Part shown: piece by piece, positions 39,859 through 48,740 of the stretch
Layout: each line of letters starts with the position of its first letter
Position numbering within the stretch: position 1 is the stretch's first letter
From: Desulfosudaceae bacterium
GTDB lineage: Bacteria; Desulfobacterota; Desulfobacteria; Desulfobacterales; Desulfosudaceae
NCBI GenBank assembly: GCA_963674745.2
Contig: CAXXDV010000003.1
Span: forward strand, 2,144,001 to 2,208,000
Reading direction: 5' to 3'
Length of the DNA stretch: 64,000 nt
The notes under the pieces: model-generated
The model's input: only the letters and a program-made list of their open reading frames with translations
Told to the model about the DNA's origin: nothing
Database searches by the model: none
Position numbers and translations under genes: made by a program

Positions 39859-40086
39859 GTGATTATGTGATTATGTGTTTATGTGGTTAAGGGACGGGGA
39901 AAACCGGCAGGATTGCATCAGAAAAGATTAACCGACAGATTCAATAACGGCGCAAATCATTCAGGCTATAGGCTGTCCGGAAAGGTATCTTTGCAGATAG
40001 CCATTCAGACGCCCAGGTCCTATTATTACGAATATTCCCGAACCCGGTTGCCACCTAACCACTTAATCACCTAATCACTTAACCAC
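39859..40086. repeat. composite element copy B: 4 G-rich octamers, 164 bp core, 4 inverted octamers
   Basis: Core 39891-40054 aligns by eye to the reverse complement of 37105-37278. Confidence 0.88.
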
Positions 40087-40089
40087 ATA

Positions 40090-40995
40090 CTAAGGCTGAT
40101 ACAAATACCCGCCGTAAAAGGTTCGTTCGGCGGCAACGCGATGGATCAACTCAGCCGTTGACATGCCGGTCAGCAGTTCAATCATGGACAGACTTCTTTG
40201 CTGCGGAGGATAGACAGGAACGATTTTTCCTTTTATACCGGCCAGCCGCCCGGCCATTTCAATCGCATCTTCCAGATTGCCCAGTTGATCAACTAGGCCG
40301 ATTTCCGTTGCTGTCTTACCGGAGAATATACGGCCGTCGGCTATTTTTTTAACGGCTTCAACCGTCATACCGCGTCCCTGAGCGACATCAGAAATAAACT
40401 GACCATGCAGGTCATCGGCAAAGGCCTGAAGGAGCGCCTTCTCCTCTTCGGTCATCTTCCTGACCGGAGAGGCGATGTCTTTATACCGCCCGCTTTTGAT
40501 GACCACCGGCGAGAGACCAATTTTACCGAACAAATCTTCAAGATTGGTATAACTCATGATCACGCCGATGCTGCCGGTAATCGTTCCCGGGTTGGCCATA
40601 ATCGTATCTGCGGCCGAAGCCACATAGTAACCGCCGGAAGCGGCCAGCGAGCCCATGGAAGCCACAATTTTTTTCTTTTCTGATGCCTTGCGGATTTCCC
40701 GGTAGATTTCCTGTGATGGCCCCACACCGCCGCCCGGGGAATCAATTCTGACAACAACCGCCTTAATTGACGGGTTTTCACGAAAGGCTTTTAATTGATC
40801 AACCGTATCTTCAGCGTCCATGATGGCGCCTTCGATTTTCACCACTCCCACCTTTTCTCCCAGTTCAAAAGTGGTGGTCTTTCCTGAATAGGTAAACATG
40901 GTGGAAAAAATAGCGGATATAAGAATGATACCGCCCAGAGTCATGGCGGTAAACATCAGGATAAAAAAAAGAAAAGGATGCCTTCTGGAAAACAT
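40090..40995 (-). CDS. sppA: signal peptide peptidase SppA (36K type)
   Basis: RIDSPGG, AASGGYY, TGSIGV, KSGRYKD, DGRIFSG. Confidence 0.95.
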   Translation of the reverse strand: MFSRRHPFLFFILMFTAMTLGGIILISAIFSTMFTYSGKTTTFELGEKVGVVKIEGAIMDAEDTVDQLKAFRENPSIKAVVVRIDSPGGGVGPSQEIYREIRKASEKKKIVASMGSLAASGGYYVASAADTIMANPGTITGSIGVIMSYTNLEDLFGKIGLSPVVIKSGRYKDIASPVRKMTEEEKALLQAFADDLHGQFISDVAQGRGMTVEAVKKIADGRIFSGKTATEIGLVDQLGNLEDAIEMAGRLAGIKGKIVPVYPPQQRSLSMIELLTGMSTAELIHRVAAERTFYGGYLYQP

Positions 40996-41031
40996 AATGA
41001 CGCTCCGTCCGGGCACTCACAGCGCTAATTA

Positions 41032-41066
41032 CAGAACCGGGAACCGCAAAACGGCTCCCGGTTCTG
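41032..41066 (-). terminator. 15 bp stem-loop downstream of rpsA
   Basis: Minus strand CAGAACCGGGAGCCG-TTTTG-CGGTTCCCGGTTCTG with one G.U pair; weak U tail. Confidence 0.55.
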
Positions 41067-41125
41067 AATATCAGTTCAATTATATAAATTCAAACAAATA
41101 CAAATTTTATCTGAGAGGCACCGAA

Positions 41126-43009
41126 TCAGGAAGACGCCTCATCATCATCGGTTGATTCCGGGGCTGAACCGTCTGGTTCCGTCACCTCTTCCGGAGCGGC
41201 GTCTTCAGCAGCCGGTACTTCGTTCTCTTTTTCAGCCGTTTTGGCGGCCTCGTTCAGCCCTTCCTGAAGATTTTCCCTTAACAACTCACCAAACGCCGAC
41301 CGGGCCGGCTTGGAGTTGTCCACGTAATCTTTGAGAAGACTTTTTTCGTCATCGATTTCAAGACGCTTGATGGAAAGACCGATCTTTCTTTCATCGGCAT
41401 TGACATTCATGACCCGGGCCGTTATTTCCGTGCCCACCTCATACTGTCCGACCGGTGTCTTGATCCGCTCGGCACTCACTTCGGACACATGTACCAGGCC
41501 TTCTATGCCTTCTTCAAGCTCGACAAAAATTCCGAAATCCGTCACATTGGTGATCATTCCGGATACTTTTGTGCCGATGGGATAGCGTTCCCTGACACTT
41601 TCCCAGGGATCCGCCTCAAGCTGCTTGACGCCCATGGAAAACCGTTCGTTGTCTTTATCGATCTCGAGTACGACCGCCTGAACGACATCGCCCTTTTTAT
41701 ATATCTCGGAAGGATGTTTGATGCGCTTGGTCCAGGAAATATCAGAAATATGAACCAGCCCGTCGATATCATCATCAATGCCGATAAACAGGCCAAAATC
41801 GGTGATATTCTTGATCCGGCCCTCAATAACCGTACCCACCGGATATTTTTCACTGACGACTTCCCAGGGATTGGGTTCAATCTGTTTCATACCCAGTGAA
41901 ATTCGTCTATTATCCGGCTGCACGTCCAGAACAACCGCTTCGACTTCCTCTCCGACATTAACGACACGGGAAGGATGGCGGACTTTACGGGTCCAGGATA
42001 TTTCTGAAACGTGAATCAAGCCCTCAACGCCTTCTTCCAGTTCAATAAAAATGCCGTAATTGGTAATGCTGACCACTTTTCCGGATACCCGTTTACCGAC
42101 AGCGTATTTCTCGCTGACAAAGGTCCAGGGGTCAGGTGTTAACTGTTTCATGCCCAGAGAGATCTTTTTCTTTTCCAGATCAAAGGACAGTACTTTAAGC
42201 GTAATGTTGTCCCCGACCGTAAACATCTCGGCCGGATGCCTGACCCGTCCCCAGGAGATATCCGTAATATGAAGCAGGCCGTCAACACCGCCCAGGTCAA
42301 CAAACACACCGTATTCGGTAATATTTTTGACGATACCTTCCAGGACCTGCCCTTCGGCAATATTTTCCAGCACCTCGGCCCGTTTGGCTTTCAGATCCTG
42401 TTCGAGCAGTACACGCCGTGACAGAACGATATTGTTACGACGGCGGTTGTATTTTAATACCTTGAACTCATAGGTCTGACCGACCATTTCATCAAAATTC
42501 CGGATGGGTCTAAGATCAGCCTGAGAGCCCGGCAGAAAGGCCTGAAGCCCGACGTCAACTGAAAAACCGCCTTTGACTCTGCTGACGATCACGCCTTCAA
42601 TGACACCGTCGTCATCATATGTGTCCTTGATCGTTTCCCAGACCTTGACCTTGACGGCTTTTTCCTTGGACAGAACCAGCGTCTCATGCTCTTCGTCCCA
42701 GTACTCGATCATCACATCGACAGCATCGCCGACTTTCAGTTTCACTTTACCTTCTTCATTTTTGAACTCGCTGGTTTTAATCTGGCCTTCGGATTTGTAT
42801 CCGATGTCCACCAGCACATAGTCCCTGTCCATGGAGACAATGGTTCCGGTAACCACTTCGCCTTCGGCAAACTGTTTGATACTGTCCTCATACATCTCCA
42901 TCAGCGCTTCCATGCTTTCTTCACCCGATTCGTCAAAGTCAGCTTCCTGCGCTTCTAAATCGTCCTGCTCTTCCATCGTGTTGTCATTTTCTGTTAATTG
43001 ATTAACCAT
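41126..43009 (-). CDS. rpsA: 30S ribosomal protein S1
   Basis: Six S1 repeats (e.g. GVDGLLHITDISW, EGLIHVSE); follows cmk. Confidence 0.98.
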   Translation of the reverse strand: MVNQLTENDNTMEEQDDLEAQEADFDESGEESMEALMEMYEDSIKQFAEGEVVTGTIVSMDRDYVLVDIGYKSEGQIKTSEFKNEEGKVKLKVGDAVDVMIEYWDEEHETLVLSKEKAVKVKVWETIKDTYDDDGVIEGVIVSRVKGGFSVDVGLQAFLPGSQADLRPIRNFDEMVGQTYEFKVLKYNRRRNNIVLSRRVLLEQDLKAKRAEVLENIAEGQVLEGIVKNITEYGVFVDLGGVDGLLHITDISWGRVRHPAEMFTVGDNITLKVLSFDLEKKKISLGMKQLTPDPWTFVSEKYAVGKRVSGKVVSITNYGIFIELEEGVEGLIHVSEISWTRKVRHPSRVVNVGEEVEAVVLDVQPDNRRISLGMKQIEPNPWEVVSEKYPVGTVIEGRIKNITDFGLFIGIDDDIDGLVHISDISWTKRIKHPSEIYKKGDVVQAVVLEIDKDNERFSMGVKQLEADPWESVRERYPIGTKVSGMITNVTDFGIFVELEEGIEGLVHVSEVSAERIKTPVGQYEVGTEITARVMNVNADERKIGLSIKRLEIDDEKSLLKDYVDNSKPARSAFGELLRENLQEGLNEAAKTAEKENEVPAAEDAAPEEVTEPDGSAPESTDDDEASS

Positions 43010-43208
43010 TAAACTAAAACCCCCTTACCTATTTTTAATACAGCTGTCATGGCGCCGAACAACCAACCGGCTGCCATACAGCTAAACAATCTACGCAAAT
43101 TACCAATAAGATATTCAAAAAGCAAATAAAAAATTCGTTTATCGGGACGCGGGGGTTTTTTTGATGCGGTCAGGCGCACAGATCGTTCTGTCCGGGCAAA
43201 AAGGTAAA

Positions 43209-43332
43209 GTGATTATGTGGTTATGTGGTTAAGTGATTATGGGAGCCATCCGCAAGGCGCAAGATGAGTACACGTAGGGGCAGGCCCCTGTGCCTGCCCT
43301 GATGAAGGGCAACCACGAGGGGTTGCCCCTAC
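43209..43332. repeat. 4 octamers plus GTAG REP doublet (REPIN/BIME-like)
   Basis: GTG(A/G)TTA(T/A) x4 at 43209-43240; GTAGGGGCAGGCCCCTGTGCCTGCCC (43274-43299) and inverted GGGCAACCACGAGGGGTTGCCCCTAC (43307-43332). Confidence 0.88.
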
Positions 43333-43355
43333 AACATTTACGAACGGCCTGCGTC

Positions 43356-44021
43356 CTAACCTTTGGCCTCAATATACCCCATCATGAACTCAATCACCTC
43401 ATCCGGGGTCTGGTTCGTCGAATCCACCATGATGGCGTCTTCGGCCGGCTTCAAGGGGGCGAGGGCCCGGGTACTGTCATTTTCGTCACGGCGCCGGATA
43501 TCGGCTTCCACCTGTTCCAGCGTCAACCCGTCGTCATGGGGCAGCTCGTTAAAACGCCGCCTGGCCCGTTCCTCGACAGCGGCGCTGAGGAAGAACTTGA
43601 CATCCGCTTCCGGAAAAACAACCGTGCCCATATCCCGGCCTTCAAGCACGACACGTTTTGACTCACCCAGCCGGCGTTGAAGCCCCAGAAGGAACTCTCT
43701 GACCACGGGCCTGGCCGAAACCGCCGAAGCCAGCATGGTAATTTCAGGTGTCCGGATCAGGTCGGCAATGTCCACCCCTCCGGAAATCAAACGGGAGCCG
43801 TTTTCAGCAGCCACCAGTTCGAGTTCCAGGCCGGCACATAAATCCGATAGGCCTTTGTCATCCGTGGGCTGAATGCCTTTTTCCCGGGCCGCGTGGGCAA
43901 CGCCCCGGTACAGGGCACCGGTATCCACATAACGATAACCGAGACGTCCGGCCAGCCGGCGGCTGACAGTGGTTTTACCCGCTCCGGCAGGCCCGTCAAT
44001 GGTAACAACCATATCTTTCAT
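43356..44021 (-). CDS. cmk: cytidylate kinase
   Basis: IDGPAGAGKTT, DTGALYR, EGRDMGTVVFP, RRDENDSTRALAPL. Confidence 0.97.
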   Translation of the reverse strand: MKDMVVTIDGPAGAGKTTVSRRLAGRLGYRYVDTGALYRGVAHAAREKGIQPTDDKGLSDLCAGLELELVAAENGSRLISGGVDIADLIRTPEITMLASAVSARPVVREFLLGLQRRLGESKRVVLEGRDMGTVVFPEADVKFFLSAAVEERARRRFNELPHDDGLTLEQVEADIRRRDENDSTRALAPLKPAEDAIMVDSTNQTPDEVIEFMMGYIEAKG

Positions 44022-45106
44022 AACAGCACCTTTTCCAGCACTTCGATAAAACGGGCGTTTTCTTCAGGCAGGCCCGCGTTAATGCGTAAATACGTGGGGT
44101 ATCCATAAGAGGACATGGACCGTACGATAACGCCTTCTTTTAAAAAGGACTCAAAGACGTCGTCAGCGTTTTTTTTCACATCCAGGAGGAAGAAGTTGGC
44201 CTGGGTGGGAAAACAGGTTACCCCCAGCCTGGCAAGAGCGGCAAACAGATAGTCAAGCCCTTCATGAACGACCTTACGGGTTTCATTTAAAAAGGCATCA
44301 TCATCCAGTGCGGCAACTGCCGCGGCCTGGGCAATGGAGCTGACGTTAAACGGCTGCCGAACCCGATTCATGAGGCTCACCATCTCAGCCGGCATAAATC
44401 CGTAACCCACTCTCAGCCCTGCTAATCCATATATTTTGGAGAATGTCCGCAACGCCACCAGGGGCCGATTGTCATCAAGGAAATCAAGGCTGTCGGCGCA
44501 GGTTTCATCCCGCGCAAACTCCACATAAGCTTCATCCAGAACGATCACCACGTTTTCCGGGACCTGCTCCAGAAAATGGCCGAACCGGGCCGAAGAAAAA
44601 ACGGTCCCCGTGGGATTATGCGGGTTGGTCAGAAAAATCATCCGGGTCTTATCGGTAATCGCACCGATTATCGTATCAAGATCAACGGCCAGTGATTGCA
44701 GGGGCACATAAACCGTCTTGGCATTGGATATACGCGTCATGATGTCGTACATGGCAAAAGACGGTTGCGTCATGATCACTTCGTCACCGGGATAGAGCAA
44801 AGCCCGGGTCAACATGCCGATTATGTCGTCGGACCCGCTGCCTAAAACAATATTTTCCGGCTTGACACGGAATTTTTCGGAAAGCTTTCTGACCAGGTAA
44901 TATCCGCTGCCGTCCGGATATCGATTCAGCCGTGAAAGGACCTGACCGATCGCGTCCAAAGCCCGGGGTGACGCGCCCAGCGGATTTTCATTGGAGGCCA
45001 GTTTTATGGTACCGCTCAGGCCGTATTCTCTTTCCAGTTCCTCTATCGGTTTACCCGGCGAATACGGCTTGACGGATAGTATATAGGGCGGGGGTTTCAA
45101 GTCCAT
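44018..45106 (-). CDS. hisC: histidinol-phosphate aminotransferase
   Basis: KLASNENP, NPHNPTG, DEAY, RTFSKIYGLAGLRVGY; RBS before the ATG at 45106. Confidence 0.95.
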   Translation of the reverse strand: MDLKPPPYILSVKPYSPGKPIEELEREYGLSGTIKLASNENPLGASPRALDAIGQVLSRLNRYPDGSGYYLVRKLSEKFRVKPENIVLGSGSDDIIGMLTRALLYPGDEVIMTQPSFAMYDIMTRISNAKTVYVPLQSLAVDLDTIIGAITDKTRMIFLTNPHNPTGTVFSSARFGHFLEQVPENVVIVLDEAYVEFARDETCADSLDFLDDNRPLVALRTFSKIYGLAGLRVGYGFMPAEMVSLMNRVRQPFNVSSIAQAAAVAALDDDAFLNETRKVVHEGLDYLFAALARLGVTCFPTQANFFLLDVKKNADDVFESFLKEGVIVRSMSSYGYPTYLRINAGLPEENARFIEVLEKVLL

Positions 45107-45298
45107 CTGTCTCCACTCCATGACGGTTTTGCAAAAGCTCACCTTGGTTTTGAACTTTTCCCGAACCATCTAAAATATTTTTTTACAAATAAATCAATTA
45201 TGATACCATTTTAAAAATTTTAACGAAGCCATCGCGTTTGAAACAGGTTATAATATGCCCGACTTTCTTTGTAAATATTTTTTACCGGAGCCGAACCC

Positions 45299-46471
45299 AT
45301 GCGAACCCGAACCGGTTTAGACGTTTTTTGTGAAAATCCTTCCAGATTTCAACCGGGTAAACGACTTGGTATCCTGGCCAACCCCGCTTCGGTAGATGGC
45401 CGCTTTCGACATATCCGTGACCGGATCAATGAATTATTTCCCGGCAAAGTGGTTGCCCTGTACGCGCCCCAACACGGTTTTTTTGCTGAAAAACAGGACA
45501 ATATGAAGGAATCGGACGATTTTACGGATCCGGACCTGAAAATTCCCGTTTACAGCCTGTACGGTAAAACACGCGCCCCCACCCCGGAAATGATGGCCCC
45601 CATCGACACCCTGATCATCGACCTGCAGGACGTCGGCACCCGCGTTTACACGTTTATATATACCATGGCCTATTGCATGGAAGCCGCCGCGTCACACGGC
45701 GTCCGGGTTGTTGTACTGGATCGGCCCAACCCGGTTGGCGGTGCGATTGTAGAAGGCAACCTCCTGCGTCCCGACTTCGCCTCGTTCGTCGGCCGGTTTC
45801 CCATTCCCATGCGCCATGGCCTGACCATCAGTGAGTTGGCACTTTTGTTCAATGACCATTTTCATATCGGCTGTGACCTGACGGTTGTGCCCATGGATAA
45901 CTGGCGGCGGGATATGTTTTTTACGCAGACCGGGCTGCCCTGGGTGGCACCGTCACCGAACCTGCCCACCCCCATGTCCGCCATGGTATATCCGGGACAG
46001 GTGATCTGGGAAGGAACGAACGTGTCGGAAGGCAGGGGCACCACCCGGCCGTTTGAACTTTTCGGCGCGCCGTTTATTGATCCCCGGAAAATCATGGCGC
46101 ATATCGGGCCCGAAGGGGTTCCCGGAGCCATCTTACGGCCGGTTTTATTCGAACCGACCGCCAACAAATGGGCGGGACAGTCCTGCCGGGGCTTTCAGAT
46201 TCATCCGGTTGAACCGGAACGCTACCGGTCTTACGCCACCTCTCTCCTGCTGCTGCAGGCCATCATCAAGCTTTATCCCGATTGTTTCGCGTGGAGTGAG
46301 CCACCCTATGAATATGAATACCACAAAAAACCCGTTGACCTGATCCTGGGGAACCCGGAAGTCCGCCAGCGGCTGGAAAACATGGAACCGATCAACAGTC
46401 TGGAATCATCATGGCAAAGGGAACTGGCGGAATTTCAACGCCTCTCCGGAAAGTACCATCTATACAAATAA
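45299..46471 (+). CDS. DUF1343 / NamZ-like exo-beta-N-acetylmuramidase
   Basis: PQHGF, YSLYG, DLQDVGTRVYT, LDRPNP, PSPNLP, SEGRGTTRPFE. Confidence 0.88.
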   Translation: MRTRTGLDVFCENPSRFQPGKRLGILANPASVDGRFRHIRDRINELFPGKVVALYAPQHGFFAEKQDNMKESDDFTDPDLKIPVYSLYGKTRAPTPEMMAPIDTLIIDLQDVGTRVYTFIYTMAYCMEAAASHGVRVVVLDRPNPVGGAIVEGNLLRPDFASFVGRFPIPMRHGLTISELALLFNDHFHIGCDLTVVPMDNWRRDMFFTQTGLPWVAPSPNLPTPMSAMVYPGQVIWEGTNVSEGRGTTRPFELFGAPFIDPRKIMAHIGPEGVPGAILRPVLFEPTANKWAGQSCRGFQIHPVEPERYRSYATSLLLLQAIIKLYPDCFAWSEPPYEYEYHKKPVDLILGNPEVRQRLENMEPINSLESSWQRELAEFQRLSGKYHLYK

Positions 46472-46484
46472 AGGCAGGCAAGTT

Positions 46485-47162
46485 GTGACGGATACGAAAC
46501 CGGGCTGGAAACGAATGGGGTTCAAGGGCAACAAGGTCTGGATGGCGGTTGATGAAAACCGGCAGCCGATTGAAAAGGACGGCAAGGTGCTCATTAAATA
46601 CCAGACCGAACAGGATTATGAGTACTGGGTGTATCAGAGCAGCCTCGTCACCGTCGATCAGCTCGGCACGAAAGACAAACCCGGGAAAGGGAAAAAACCG
46701 GGGCAAAAGAAAAAGGCGCAGCCGGAAAAGTCCGCCAAAGACATAAAAGCAGATATCCCCGATGACGCCGTTCTGGTGTACACGGACGGTGCGTCTTCCG
46801 GAAATCCGGGCCCTTCCGGCATCGGTGTGCTGCTGTTGTACAAAGAAAACGAAAAACGCATTTCCAGGTTTATCGGCCAGGCAACGAACAATATCGCCGA
46901 GCTCGAAGCCATAAAGGCCGGCCTGATGGAAATTAAAAACAAAAAGCTGCCGGTAAGGGTGTTCACGGACAGCAGCTATGCGCTCGGCCTGCTGTCACTG
47001 GGATGGAAAGCCAAAAAAAACGTTGCCTTAGTCCAGGAAATACAAAAAATCCTGGCCACCTTCAGGGATGTGAAGCTGATTAAAGTCAAGGGCCATGCCG
47101 GCATTCCGGAAAACGAAATTGCAGACAGGCTGGCCGTGACCGCCATTGAAAAAGCCACCTGA
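46485..47162 (+). CDS. rnhA: ribonuclease HI with an N-terminal extension
   Basis: YTDGA.SGNPG, TNNIAEL, TDSSY, VKGHAG, NEIADRLA (intact DEDD). Confidence 0.9.
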   Translation: MTDTKPGWKRMGFKGNKVWMAVDENRQPIEKDGKVLIKYQTEQDYEYWVYQSSLVTVDQLGTKDKPGKGKKPGQKKKAQPEKSAKDIKADIPDDAVLVYTDGASSGNPGPSGIGVLLLYKENEKRISRFIGQATNNIAELEAIKAGLMEIKNKKLPVRVFTDSSYALGLLSLGWKAKKNVALVQEIQKILATFRDVKLIKVKGHAGIPENEIADRLAVTAIEKAT

Positions 47163-47179
47163 AATCGCACCAGCAGGGC

Positions 47180-47211
47180 AAAAAAAAAGCCCGCGTTTTA
47201 AACGCGGGCTT
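47180..47211 (-). terminator. intrinsic terminator
   Basis: AAGCCCGCG...CGCGGGCTT stem followed by a T9 tract on the minus strand; lies between convergent genes. Confidence 0.85.
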
Positions 47212-47311
47212 GTAAAGCAATATTGCAAGATACCCTTAAGTCTTCATGCCGCAACGAAGACGGCTGTCAGTTACATGATATGGATAACACCTTTTTAAGC
47301 TTGCCGCCTGT

Positions 47312-47527
47312 TTACTGGTCTTCATCCTCGGCAGCCATGCTTTTGCCCTCATTTCTCCAAGTATCTTTCAATTCATCAAACCCGAGGTAAAGGGCCAGGC
47401 AACCAACCAGCAGGAGTACCAACGGAATGGTTCCCGCCAGGATCTGCAAAAAAGCGCCAAACCAAACGGCCAGCAGAATAAGACCAATTACCGCCGCAAT
47501 CGCACCGCCAACAAGAGTTTTCATCAA
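47312..47527 (-). CDS. small two-TM membrane protein
   Basis: GGAGG RBS, two hydrophobic helices, acidic tail, downstream terminator. Confidence 0.8.
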   Translation of the reverse strand: MMKTLVGGAIAAVIGLILLAVWFGAFLQILAGTIPLVLLLVGCLALYLGFDELKDTWRNEGKSMAAEDEDQ

Positions 47528-47712
47528 ATGCCTCCTTTTTTCCTTCTTATTTGTCTGTTAACCTTTATGATAATTCAATATCTTTTAAACGCCTTCATGA
47601 AACAGGATTTTGAATTATAGCATAACGGAAATCACTTACAAGGCAAAAATCGCTTTTTGCCGCAAAAAATTTTATAATCAGATTTGTCACCAACCCTTTC
47701 GAGGAGGATATC

Positions 47713-48567
47713 ATGCCACAGCCCAAAAAACGCGTCAGCCTGATTTTGGCTGCCCTGTCCATTATCCTGTTAATCTCGGTTACCGCCGGTTCCGGGTATT
47801 TCCAGACAACCAGCGAAAAATACATGGCCGACACATTAAAAAAAGCCTCTATTACCTTTGCCGGGGCCCGGGCCATTAATGCCCTCGTATCCGTTGCCCA
47901 GAAGATTGAGACCGGCGGTTCCCTGAAGCTGCTCGGAACGGGAGGTTCGGCTTCTCTTGCGCCTTTTGAATGGTTGGACCCGCTAAACGACCTGGTGGAA
48001 CGTTTTTCCCTGGTCATGCTGGTCTGCTGCGTGGCCATGGGGATCCTGCTGTTTTTAAACCAGAGTATGCCCTGGTTCGGCTTGACGGTGCTGCTGCCGG
48101 CTTCGGTCCTGCTGTTGCTGATGTCTCTGGGGATACGAAAAAGCCGGCTGGGAAGCGGGCGTCGATTGTTCAGAACCGGTTACAAGCTCCTGATCATCAC
48201 CGCCATCGCGACAATAATGGTGCCGGTGATGGCGGCGGTGAACTTTTGGGTCTACTCGTTCTTTCTGGAGCCGTCATATGAAACGGCTTCAATTTCCATG
48301 GACGACACCCGAAAGACCCTTTCGGCCTTAAAACCGGAAGGCGGCCTAATGGATACGGTTGAAAAATTACAGCAGCAGGTCAGCTCATTGAAAGGAAAGA
48401 CAGAAAGGGTGATCGACCACATGCTTGACCTGATCACCGTGTTTCTGATTCAGACCATCCTGCTGCCACTGGTGATGTTCTGGCTGGTCACCAGGCTCAT
48501 CTCATATATTGCCGCCGGTAAGGCACCACTGCCGGCGGAATCGTTTTTTTCCGATGCAGCCGTTTAA
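47713..48567 (+). CDS. hypothetical membrane protein
   Basis: GAGGAGG RBS; several TM segments; ARAINALVS and LDPLNDLVERFS segments. Confidence 0.75.
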   Translation: MPQPKKRVSLILAALSIILLISVTAGSGYFQTTSEKYMADTLKKASITFAGARAINALVSVAQKIETGGSLKLLGTGGSASLAPFEWLDPLNDLVERFSLVMLVCCVAMGILLFLNQSMPWFGLTVLLPASVLLLLMSLGIRKSRLGSGRRLFRTGYKLLIITAIATIMVPVMAAVNFWVYSFFLEPSYETASISMDDTRKTLSALKPEGGLMDTVEKLQQQVSSLKGKTERVIDHMLDLITVFLIQTILLPLVMFWLVTRLISYIAAGKAPLPAESFFSDAAV

Positions 48568-48571
48568 ATAT

Positions 48572-48714
48572 GGGTTCAAGATTCAAGATTCAAGATTTGA
48601 GGTTTGAGGTTTGAGGTTCAGGGTTCGGGGTTCGAGATGACGCTGTAGGGGCACGGCGTGCCGTGCCCGATTGCGAATCACATCGATTCAAGGCAACCCT
48701 GCGGGTCGCCCATA
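48572..48714. repeat. about 9 GGTT(C/T)RR-type heptamers, GTAG REP and degenerate inverted REP
   Basis: Heptamers 48572-48636; GTAGGGGCACGGCGTGCCGTGCCC at 48645-48668, identical to 27586-27609. Confidence 0.88.
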
Positions 48715-48740
48715 GGCATTCGCGAGCATGTTGCAACAGA

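Noticed and set aside
37105..40054. Active composite transposon or invertible segment carrying guaB
   Set aside because: The flanking copies are clearly diverged, with indels, no recombinase or transposase is nearby, and the cargo is housekeeping.
47165..47310. 6S RNA or other ncRNA between rnhA and the small membrane gene
   Set aside because: Only a short hairpin (GTCTTC/GAAGAC) and a terminator are visible, with no long rod structure or recognisable consensus. An Rfam scan would settle it.
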